Positions 12,513 to 22,303 of a stretch of DNA of 64,000 nt are shown in pieces. Within the stretch, counting starts at the first letter, position 1; each line of letters begins with the position of its first letter. Under the pieces are notes generated by a model that saw only the letters and a list, made by a program, of their open reading frames with translations, was not told the DNA's origin and ran no database searches. Location of the stretch: positions 30,690,001 to 30,754,000 of the forward strand of contig OX597838.1 of NCBI GenBank assembly GCA_951406725.2, given 5' to 3'. The DNA is from Octopus vulgaris. Lineage: Eukaryota. The translations under genes and the position numbers were made by a program.

Positions 12513-13495
12513 GATTGGGTCATCCCATAAATAATGCGGTTTTTTTAATTGCACGAACTGAAAGTCGGAGTGGGGATAAACCGAAAAGATCCAAATTCGT
12601 TACGCACAACAGAAGCATAATTGTCTCAGAGCGAATATCACAGTTAATCTGGCTTTCCGTGGTGTATTTATATCAAGCATGATGCACAGATTACTATTTT
12701 AATCTAATACTTTCTATGAAAGCAGGTAGTAATTTTACCTTGTCCTTATTCTTTGAGGGGTGCAGGTCGATTTTATCAGTTATTTTTTCAAAGATATAAA
12801 AGTGTTAAAAGAGCAGATTCGGTATGTTTTGCTTTATGAGTTCAATAAAGGCAACAACGCAACGGGAAGTGCAAGGAATATAAATGGAGATCGGACAATA
12901 AGCGTAAACCTGTGTCAACGGTGGTTCCAGAAATTCCAAGCCGGAAACTACAGCTTAGAAGACGAACTTCATTCTGGAACATCTGTTGATCTCGACGAGG
13001 ATGTCCAGCAAACCCTGGTAGAACAAAATCCTATCGTAACCGTTGAGAAACTAGCAGAGAATTTGGTCAGTCAACATTTCATCGACACCAGCGCTGGAAG
13101 AAAAACGACCATCTTTGGTATCCAGACGAATGGTGTTCTTCCATCAGGATAATACGCGGTCCCATACATCAATGATGAATTCCAAATGCTGGAGCAGTTT
13201 GAAAGGGAAACGATGCCCCTGTCACTATAATCATCGGACATTGACCCATCTTATTATCATTCATTTCACAGTATTCAAAATCATTTGGACGGAAAAAATA
13301 TGAATTCCGTAGACGAGGTCAGAACAGTACTGGAGGAGTATTTTTCATCACAGTTAAGTGAATTTTGGAAGAGGAACTTTGCAAGTTTATCAGGTAGCTG
13401 GAAGAACATTGTAGAAAATGAAGGGAAGCATATTTTAGATGAAAAAAGAACTTTATTTATTTTAATTCTGAAAAATAAAAGAAGCATAAAAAAAG
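12513..13495 (+). mobile_element. Most complete mariner relic of the cluster (includes C-terminal DDD region)
   Basis: HTH peptide plus HQDN and C-terminal DGKNMNSVDEVRTVLEEYFSSQLSEFWKRNFASLSGSWKNIVENEGKHI; foreign insert ~12579-12710. Confidence 0.85.
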
Positions 13496-13600
13496 CCCCG
13501 AAAAGGATGAAAGGCAAAATCGAACTCAGAACGTAATGACAGACAAAATACTGCTAAGCATATCGCTTGGTACGCTAGCCATGCTGCCAGCTCAGTGCTT
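13496..13600 (-). mobile_element. SINE fragment (same family as 14330-15481)
   Basis: CCCCGAAAAGGATGAAAGGCAAAA...CTGCCAGCTC matches reverse complement of the SINE head/core. Confidence 0.7.
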
Positions 13601-13860
13601 TCAAGTCATAGAAAATTACTGACAAAAGATCAATAATTACCAAGAAAACTGGTTATTATTTTACAGACCCATGAACACATGGAAGGGAAAGAAAACTCCA
13701 GTGGGATTCGAACCCCTCACCGTAAATAAATATAAAGAAATACGTCTTGTTAATGTAAAATTTCTGATGTTCCTCTGTCTCTTTAAAGACAAACCAACAA
13801 TGAACTGTATTTAACATAAAACTCATATATGATAGCAAAATATTTGCCGTCTCGTTATGT

Positions 13861-13933
13861 GGTTCCATGGTGTAGTGGTTATCACGTCTGCTTCACACGC
13901 AGAAGGTCGCGAGTTCGAAACTCGCTGGAACCT
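13861..13933 (+). tRNA. tRNA-Val(CAC)
   Basis: Perfect cloverleaf, G26, AGGTC variable loop, GCGAG/CTCGC; N73=T. Confidence 0.9.
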
Positions 13934-14037
13934 GTTCGTGTATTTCACTTTTTTTATTCTAACCGTATCGCTTTGTCGATACTATGACTTGTTGTTGCTG
14001 TTGCAACAATTGCTTGCTAAGTGCTTACTTGTTCGAT

Positions 14038-14076
14038 GGTGCCATGGCATCGTGAGTTCAAAACTCGCTGGAACCT
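14038..14076 (+). pseudogene. Internally deleted tRNA-Val (acceptor stem + T-arm only); second copy 17043-17081
   Basis: GGTGCCA TGGCATC GTGAG TTCAAAA CTCGC TGGAACC. Confidence 0.7.
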
Positions 14077-14301
14077 AATTCTATTTTTTTATTTACTTAT
14101 TGCCACCATCACCCTAACTGTTATTGTTGTTTTGAAAACTTTTTTTGGGCGGGGGGGTTCATTGGAGGTGGGTGGATTTAGATGAGCAATAACACCAACC
14201 GATGGACATCATTAAACACCAACAGGGGTTCAGTCTGTCCCCTTAAAATTTCTTGGAAGAGAGGGTTAATATTGGAAATCTATTAACACTTGGTTCATCA
14301 G

Positions 14302-15537
14302 ATTTCCGTGGAGTAGTGGTAATTACATAAGGCGGCGAGCTGGCAGAAACGTTAGCACGCCGGGCGAAATGCTTAGCGGTATTTCGTCTGTCGTTATGTT
14401 CTGAGTTCAAATTCCGCCGAGGTCGACTTTGCCTTTCATCCTTTCGGGGTCGATAGATTAAGTACTAGTTACGCACTGGGGTCGATGTAATCGACTTAAT
14501 ACCTATGTCTGTCCTTGTTTGTCCCCTCTGTGTTTAGCCCCTTGTGGGTAATAAAGAAATAGGTATTTCGTCTGTCGTTATGTTCTGAGTTCAAATTCCG
14601 CCGAGGTCGACTTTGCCTTTCATCCTTTTGGGGTCGATAAATTAAGTACCAGTTACGCACTGGGGTCGATGTAAGCGACTTAATACCAATGTCTGTCCTT
14701 GTTTGTCCCCTCTGTGTTTAGCCCCTTGTGGGTAATAAAGAAATATGTATTTCGTCTGTCGTTATGTTCTGAGTTCAAATTCCGCCGAGGTCGACTTTGC
14801 CTTTCATCCTTTCGGGGTCGATAAATTAAGTACCAGTTACGCACTGGGGTCGATGTAATCGACTTAATACCTATGTCTGTTCTTGTTTGTCCCCTCTGTG
14901 TTTAGCCCCTTGTGGGTAATAAAGAAATAGGTATTTCGTCTGTCGTTATGTTCTGAGTTCAAATTCCGCCGAGGTCGACTTTGCCTTTCATCCTTTCGGG
15001 GTCGATAAATTAAGTACCAGTTACGCACTGGGGTCGATGTAATCGACTTAATACCTATGTCTGTCCTTGTTTGTCCCCTCTGTGTTTAGCCCCTTGTGGG
15101 TAATAAAGAAATAGGTATTTCGTCTGTCGTTATGTTCTGAGTTCAAATTCCGCCGAGGTCGACTTTGCCTTTCATCCTTTCGGGGTCGATAAATTAAGTA
15201 CCAGTTACGCACTGGGGTCGATGTAATCGACTTAATACCAATGTCTGTCCATGTTTGTCCCCTCTATGTTTAGCCCCTTGTGGGTAATAAAGAAATAGGT
15301 ATTTCGTCTGTCGTTATGTTCTGAGTTCAAATTCCGCCGAGGTCGACTTTGCCTTTCATCCTTTCGGGGTCGATAAATTAAGTACCAGTTACGCACTGGG
15401 GTCGATGTAAGCGACTTAATCCGTTTGTCTGTCCTTGTTTGTCCCCTCTATGTTTAGCCCCTTGTGGGTAGTAAAGAAATAGGTAATTACATATACTTCA
15501 TGCTAAATAGATCACGAGTTCGAATTACACTGGATCC
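14302..15537 (+). pseudogene. tRNA-Val-derived (CAT) pseudogene split by SINE array
   Basis: 5' half ATTTCCGTGGAGTAGTGGTAATTACA at 14302; 3' half ...CTTCATGC...GAGTTCGAATTACACTGGATCC after 15482; uninterrupted homolog at 17322-17393. Confidence 0.75.
14330..15481 (+). mobile_element. tRNA-derived SINE (Meta-domain-like core) with one head and six tandem 184-bp bodies
   Basis: Head GGCGGCGAGCTGGCAGAAACG; units start at 14378, 14562, 14746, 14930, 15114, 15298; core GTCGACTTTGCCTTTCATCCTTTCGGGGTCGATAAA; TSD GGTAATTACATA at 14318-14329 and 15482-15493. Confidence 0.9.
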
Positions 15538-15697
15538 ATTATTACTATTTTGAGTTTATTTTCTTGTTTTTGCCAATGATATTTTATTTGCTTTTTGTTG
15601 TTCTAAATACTATTGCTGCAGTAAATACAATTAACTAATTATGCCAATACCTAGAAGTAAAAAGTTATTTACACCAGGAGAGTGAAAAACCACAGCT

Positions 15698-15770
15698 AGG
15701 TTCCAGAGAGATTCGAACTCGCGACCTCCTGTGTGTAAAGCAGGTGTGATAACCTCTACACAATAGAACC
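15698..15770 (-). tRNA. Diverged tRNA-Val(TAC), likely pseudogene
   Basis: GGTTCTATTGTGTAGAGG...CCTGC TT TAC AC ACAGG...GCGAG/CTCTC; mismatches in anticodon and T stems. Confidence 0.6.
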
Positions 15771-15998
15771 ACTTGCTGTTCATTTTTGCAAATATTTCTC
15801 TTATGTACAAATTTTATGAAGTGAAATCTATCCAAGGTTTTCATAACTGGAGTGCTGACTATATAACTATGGATTGTTCTATTACATAATGAGGGGTGGA
15901 AAGCATTAGAATAATCAACAACTGGAGCAAAACCGTCGTTGACAAACAACAGAATCTGCCAAATCATATGAGTGATGCCCAACTTTAGATCTTCTTTC

Positions 15999-16423
15999 AG
16001 ATTTTTTCGGTTTGAACGGCAGTTTTTTCTAGCGGTGTCATATGAAATTGTCACCCATAATTATGACCCTAGTATCAATCTATTGCATTTCAATCTCTTT
16101 TAGGGTTAGAGTTAGTTCGAGTTAGGGGTGGGGGAAGGGTATCTTTTTTTCTTCAGAAATGTAAATAAACCCAATCTGTTTCTTAAACGAGGGACATACT
16201 CATACGGCACAGAATGTTTTTTACCTCAATGGACGTCAGTGATTGGTTGAAATTGCAGAAATTGAAGAAAAAAACAATAAATATCTTACAAACTATAGAC
16301 TTTTCTCAATAAAGCCAAGAGAAAAAGATGTTTTCTAAACACATTCTGCCAGTATAGGAAGTTTAAAATTTTTTAATTACCTAGAAATTATGTTAAAAAC
16401 TGCCGTTCAAACCGAAAAGATCC
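15999..16423. mobile_element. Non-autonomous DNA transposon (MITE) with ~28-bp TIRs and 8-bp TSD
   Basis: TIR TTTTCGGTTTGAACGGCAGTTTTT / AAAAACTGCCGTTCAAACCGAAAA; TSD CTTCTTTC; empty homologous site at ~17863-17890. Confidence 0.85.
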
Positions 16424-16844
16424 CTTCTTTCCCTTGTAGTGAGGTAAATATTAATAAACTGTGGCTAGAGTTTATCCACCGGACCCTTTAGAAATATCTG
16501 TCTGTGATGTTTGAGATATAGATTGAAATTAGATTAATATCTATTGAGAAGACTAATAATTAACAATAGAACTAGTAATTATTTTATGAAGCGCTGAAAC
16601 AATGGAAGTTTGAGAGTGAATCTAGCAGGATTCGAAACCCTGTTGAGAAAGAACACTTCTTGTTATCGTATCAATTCTGATACGATTTTGACAAGTTGTA
16701 GTGCACCTGAGCACTGTATACAATAATTTCATTATATATATTATATATATACTCCGCTGTAGTTTGAAAAGAATTCAACATTAATCTCTGTATGAAAAAC
16801 AACTTCTGTATGATAAAGCCATATTTTAGAACATTCAGTCATCT

Positions 16845-16917
16845 GGTTCCATGGTGTAGTGGTTATCACATCTGCTTAACACGCAGAAGGTCGTGAGTTC
16901 GAAACTCGCTGGAACCT
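16845..16917 (+). tRNA. tRNA-Val(AAC)
   Basis: Identical to 373..445; T-run terminator follows. Confidence 0.9.
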
Positions 16918-17321
16918 ATTTTTGTCTTTCTTTTTTCCCTTCCTCTCAACGGTATCGTCTAAGCTGTCGATGCTACTATCACTGATATTGCTGTTGTTGT
17001 TTCTGTGGCTACCGCTGCTGCTACCTGTGTACGAATTGTTCGGGTGCCATGGTATCGCGAGTTCAAAACTCGCTGGAACCTAATTCTGTTTTGTTTTTTT
17101 TATTTATTCGTACGTATAACCATCGTTGCAAATACTGTCATTGTTGTTTGCAAAACGTTTTGTTGTTGTTGTTGCTTTTACTGGGGGTAGGTCGTGTCTG
17201 GATTGACAATAAAACCAACCAATGGACATTATTAAACACAACCAGGTATTTAGTCTGTCACTTTGAAATTTCTTGGTAGAGATGGTTAATATTGAAAATG
17301 TATAGACGACTGGCGAATCGG

Positions 17322-17393
17322 ATTTCCGTGGTGTGACGCTTATCACATCTGCTTCATACTAAAAAGATCACGAGTTCAAAACAAGCTGGATCC
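17322..17393 (+). pseudogene. tRNA-Val-derived pseudogene with CAT in anticodon position
   Basis: ATTTCCGTGGTGTGACGCTTATCACATCTGCTTCATAC...GAGTTCAAAA...TGGATCC; stems broken. Confidence 0.7.
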
Positions 17394-17563
17394 AATATTA
17401 CCATTTTTATTTTATTTTATTTTTTTTGCTGTTTGTGTAAATGCTGTTTTACTTGCTGCTCTTTTGTTCTTCTAAATACTGTTGCTGCTGTAAATAGAAT
17501 AAACTAAATATGTCAATAACTAGACCTATAAAATTATTAACCCCAGGAGTGAAAAACAAAGCT

Positions 17564-17636
17564 AGGCTCCAGCGAGTTTCGAACTCGCGACCTTCTGCGT
17601 GTGAAGCAGATGTGATAACCACTACACCATGGAACC
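17564..17636 (-). tRNA. tRNA-Val(CAC), U3:G70 variant
   Basis: Cloverleaf with TT CAC AC; 3' strand TGGAGCC; N73=T. Confidence 0.85.
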
Positions 17637-18342
17637 ACATGTTGTTCTCCTGAGCAAATATTTTTCTTATCATTTATAAATTTTATGAAACGTACAGGAA
17701 ATCGATCCGGATTTTTCATAACTGGAGAGCTGACTACATAACAATGGACTGTTCCATTATATAATGAGGGGTGAAAAGCACTAGACACCTCAACAATTGG
17801 AAGAAAAAACCCTGTTGACAACAACAGCCGAATATGCAACATCATAGTAATGAGAGGTGGTCAACTTTAGATCTTTTTTCCCTTCTAGTGGCGTTAAAAT
17901 ATATACCAGTAATATACTGTGGCTAGAGTTTATTCACTGGTCTCTCGGTTAATGTTTACAATATTACCCGGAGACGAAATAATAAAAAAAGTGCAACTGG
18001 TGTAAAGAAAAAATGTATAGGAAATGAATATGAAAACAAAAATGCGCGGAAAGCAACAGGCTCCGGGAGAGGACTTGGGAAAATTCACAAGATCCGAGTT
18101 TCTCCCTCATAACTTTTAGGAAAGCGGCGAGCTGGCAGAATTATTTCTGGCATTTTGCGTTCTAAGTTCAAATTTCACGGAAATCAACCATACCATGTAT
18201 CCTTCCGGGGTCAGTGAAATATGTACAGTCTATGGAACCCCTTGAAACAGCTGTTCTTGGGCCAAAATTAGAATGAACTATGACGCAGTGCTGTATATAG
18301 CATTGAAAACAAATTGTTAACAGAAAAGACACCCAATTGTCT

Positions 18343-18415
18343 GGTTCCATGGTGTAGTGGTTATCACATCTGCTTAACACGCAGAAGGTCGCGAGTTCGA
18401 AACTCGCTGGAGCCT
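18343..18415 (+). tRNA. tRNA-Val(AAC), U3:G70 variant
   Basis: Cloverleaf; 3' strand TGGAGCC; N73=T. Confidence 0.85.
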
Positions 18416-18493
18416 GCTGTGTTTTTTATAAAATTTATTTCGTTTTTATTATTATTATTATCATGTGAAGATAATATTATTATTATCATTATC

Positions 18494-18812
18494 AGTGGTT
18501 AGAGCGTCGAGCTTACGATCGTGAGGTTGTGAGCTCGAATCCCGGACCGGGCTGCGTGTTGTGTTCTTGAGCAAGACACTTTATTTCACGTTGCTCCAGT
18601 TCACTCAGCTGTAGAGGTGGGTTGCGACGTCACAGGTGCTAAGCTGTATCGGCCCCTTTGCCTTTCCCTTGGATAACAACGGTGGCGTGGAGAGGGGAGG
18701 CCGGTATGCATGGGCGACTGCTGGTCTTCCATAAACCACCTTGCCCAGACTTGTGACTAGGAGGGTAACTTTCTAGGTGCAATCCCATGGTCAGTGTCGT
18801 GACCGAAGGGGA
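18494..18812 (+). mobile_element. tRNA-derived CORE-like SINE (related copies 20810-21108, 29275-29570)
   Basis: tRNA-like head followed by GTGT(T/C)CTTGAGCAAGACACTTTATTTCA core shared by three copies. Confidence 0.75.
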
Positions 18813-19120
18813 TCCGGATCATGTAGTACTTTCACTTCTGTTGTCGTTATTGTCACTGCTAATTCTACGATTTCATCGAAAGCAATACATTATTAAAGTT
18901 ATCTTTTAGTTGCGTCAGTCATTAGACTGCGGCCAATCTGGAGCACCGCCTTGAACAAGTCGAATGAATTGACCCCAGCATTTATTGTTATTATTTTTTG
19001 CCTGGTAAATATTCTATCGGTCTCGTTTGCAGAACTGCTTGGTTGTGAAGATATAAACAAACCAACATCCGTTTTCAACCGATGGTGAGGACAATCACAC
19101 GCGCGCGCGCGTATATATGT

Positions 19121-19371
19121 ATCGTTGCTATTATGTTAAACTGTTGTATGTCCAAATTTGGCCAAATGCCTTTTTTTATTTCAATATTTATATTTGCTTG
19201 CAATAGCCGGTTCTTTTTGGCCAAACTATCGTATCTCCAGCTGCTTCAGATGCCAAGATATCAAAAATTGTCAAAGTGTAGTACAACGGGTTTTGCTATG
19301 GAATGGGGAAACTACTTTTTCGTTTTCTGAAAAAAGCAACGTTTTGGACTTACGACACTTTTGCATAACAG

Positions 19372-19379
<8 letters not shown>
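19121..19379 (+). mobile_element. MITE-like repeat embedded in (TA)n (copies 28872-29110 +, 40891-41138 -, partial 41281-41327 -)
   Basis: Shared ~250-bp sequence ATCGTTGCTATTATGTTAAACTG...CAGCAACAAT with short inverted ends, abutting TA repeats. Confidence 0.7.
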
Positions 19380-19430
<51 letters not shown>

Positions 19431-20009
19431 GACGGGCTTCTTTCAGTTTCCGCCTACCAAATCCACTCACAAGGCTTTGGTCGGCCCGAGGCTATAGTAG
19501 AAGACACTTATCCAAGCTGCGTCACAGTAGGACTGAACCCGGAACCTTGTGGCTGGGGAGCCAATCGCTTACCCCACAGCCACACTTGCACCGTAGTTAC
19601 ATCACATTTTTATGACGCGTCCACTGTTTGAGACACCGGATTACGACATATTGGTAACCAGGTCGTAAAAATGAGACCAAACATTCTGAGATCCATTCAA
19701 TATAAATTGCGGTAGAAATAAGGGAGAGATACGTTGGATACTGAAATCGTGGTCGGCACTCTTTAATAATGTGTCTACTTTGTCACAACTATAAGTACGG
19801 ATTTAGCCGAAACCCAACATACGTAAATTAGCAGCGGGCTCCGAGATCCGTGCGTCCTCGTGTTACGAACCAGTGTAACAATGCCTTAACACGGTTTTTG
19901 ATGTTGATTTGTACCAGGCGACGGATGAATTCCCCCACACAAGTAAACCCTAGAATACACCCTTAATATGATCCTTAACACTTAATATGATCCTTAACAA
20001 TATAATAAC

Positions 20010-20262
20010 CCTTTCTACTAAAGGAACAAGGCTTGAAATCTTTTTGGTGGGTAGACTCTACCCACCAAAAAGATTTCAAACCTTGTTCCTTTAGTCGATT
20101 ATATCGACCCCAGTGCTCAACTGCTACTTTTTTTTCTCGAACCTCGAAAGGGTGAAATGTATGGTCGACCTCGGCGGAATTTGAACTCAGAGCGTAAAGA
20201 CGGACGAAATGCCGCTGAGCATTTTGTCTGGCGTGCTAACGATTCTGCCAGCTCACTGCCTT
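20010..20262 (-). mobile_element. SINE (Meta-like core) with fold-back tail
   Basis: Head/core match 14330 family; TSD-like CCTTA(A)ACAATAT(A/G)ATAAC on both sides. Confidence 0.75.
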
Positions 20263-20327
20263 AAACAATATGATAACAAAGAAACAAGCAAATATATGGA
20301 GGATCAACATAAAAAAAATAAAAATAA

Positions 20328-20400
20328 AGGTTCCAGCTAGTTTCGAACTCGCGACCTTCTGCGTGTTAAGCAGACGTGATAACCACTACACCATGGAACC
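20328..20400 (-). tRNA. tRNA-Val(AAC), T-stem mismatch
   Basis: Cloverleaf with TT AAC AC; T-stem GCGAG/CTAGC; N73=T; long T-run downstream. Confidence 0.75.
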
Positions 20401-21104
20401 ACTGCTAGTGAATGCTGCTAAATATTGTTTTTATCTAATAACTTTGTAGACACCTATGCTTGCTATTGATTTTTGTCTTGGCACAAAGTCAGAAGTAATA
20501 GGGAGAAGGTATAGCTATGTGTATCGACCCAAGTGCTCTATCTTCGACTTTAGCGTCGTTAAAAATGTAACCCGTAACACCTCTCTTGCACCGCTGTCGT
20601 AATTATTTCCCTTGTTCGAACTCTCGCGTCTTATGTGCATGGTGTTTTTATTAACGCAGGACATTAGATGAAACAGTATTAGATTAAAATAGTAATCTGT
20701 GCATCATACTTGATATAAATACACCGCGGAAAGCCAGATTAACTGTGATATCCGCTCTGAGACAATTCTGCTTTTGTTGTGCGTAACGAATTTTATTCAG
20801 GCGGTCGGGTGGAGGTTCGTGGCTTAGTGGTTAGGGCATTCGGCTTACGATTGTAAGGTCGTGAGTTCAATTCCTGGCGATGCGTTGGGTCCTTGAGCAA
20901 GACACTTTATTTTTCACGTTGCTCCAGTTAACTCAGCTGTAGAAATGAGTTGCGACATCACTTGTACCAAGCTGTATTGGCCTTTGCTTTTCCCTTTGGA
21001 TGACGTCAGTGGTGTGGTGAGGGAGACTGGTATGCATGGGCGACTGCTAGCCCTTCCACAAAACAACCTTGCCCAGACTTGTGCCTCGGAGGGCAACCTT
21101 CTAG

Positions 21105-21144
<40 letters not shown>

Positions 21145-21145
<1 letters not shown>

Positions 21146-21500
21146 TTTTACGTGTTTCAGTCATTTGACTGCGGCCATACTATCGCACCGCTTTTAGTCG
21201 AAGAAATCGAGCCCAGGACTCATTCTTTGTAAGCCTAGTTACTTATTTTATCGGGTCTCTTTTGCCGAACCGCTAAGAGACGGGGTTGTAAACACACCAG
21301 CATCGGTTGTCTAGCGAAGGTGGGGGTGGGGGAATACACACATAAACACATATATATATATACCACGGGCTTCTTTCAGTTTCCGTCTACCAAATCCACT
21401 CATAAAGTTTTGGTCGGCTCGAGGCTATAGTAGAAGACACTTACCCAAGGACTGAACCCGTAACCATGTGGTTGGGAAGCAAGCTTCTTACCACACATGA
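21145..21500 (-). mobile_element. Abundant tRNA-derived SINE with internal TA/CA microsatellite (full copies 34122-34520, 53384-53777, 57613-58040; many partial copies)
   Basis: Head GGCTGTGTGGTAAG...GGGTTCAGTCCC, tail GCCGCAGTCAAATGACTGAAACAAGTAAAAGAG repeated across window. Confidence 0.85.
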
Positions 21501-21707
21501 CTGCATAAAATGGTGTTCCATTGAAAGAATCAGGGTGTCTGATATTCCCAGAGGTCTTGAATCTCACCGAGACTGTAAATAATATCTCCAAGAGACGACA
21601 TTATTGAAAGACGAGGCAAAGATCTGCGAGTGGAAATTGTTTTGGCGAGTCTGGGAGCAGCAATAAACGATCAGGGTGCTCAGCTCTCTTCGCAGACCTC
21701 CTCAAGC

Positions 21708-21924
21708 TACCATCACTATCACCACCAACACCACTGCCACCACCACCACCACCACCGCTACGACGACGACGACGACGACCACCACCACCACCGCTACGAC
21801 GACGACGACGACCACCACCACCACCACCACTAACAACAACAACAACGCTGTCACCACCGCCACTGCCACCACCACCACCACCGCCGCCGCCGCCACCACC
21901 ACCACCACCACCACCACCACCACC

Positions 21925-21956
<32 letters not shown>

Positions 21957-22168
21957 CACTGCCACCACCGCCACCACCACCACCACCGCCGCCGTCACCG
22001 CCACCACCACCACCACCACCACCACCACCACCACCACCACCACCACCACCACCACCACCACCACCACCACCACCACCACCACCACCACCACCACCACCAC
22101 CACCACCACCACCACCACCACCACCACCACCACCACCACCACCAACACTCTCCACCACCACCACTATC
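21708..22168. repeat. (CAC)n/(GAC)n/(AAC)n trinucleotide microsatellite
   Basis: Direct reading. Confidence 0.95.
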
Positions 22169-22269
22169 ACTGCTTCTGCCAATAGTTTAAACGCCATTCT
22201 GGAGAATGTTGCAAAGGCTCATTAGTAACTAACGAGGCGGTATTTTCTTGGTATGTTTCTCATAACTGT

Positions 22270-22303
<34 letters not shown>

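Larger units (their letters stand above)
1635..13495. repeat. Tandem array of four ~2.8-3.0 kb tRNA-Val units (plus a deleted 1.26-kb unit at 373-1634 and older units 13.6-17.9 kb)
   Basis: AAC gene starts at 1635, 4644, 7444, 10436; near-identical spacers. Confidence 0.95.

Noticed and set aside
14378-15481. 184-bp array as a CRISPR array or hammerhead retrozyme
   Set aside because: The units are near-identical with no spacers, no cas genes are present, and no CUGANGA core was found on either strand. The unit matches a dispersed SINE.
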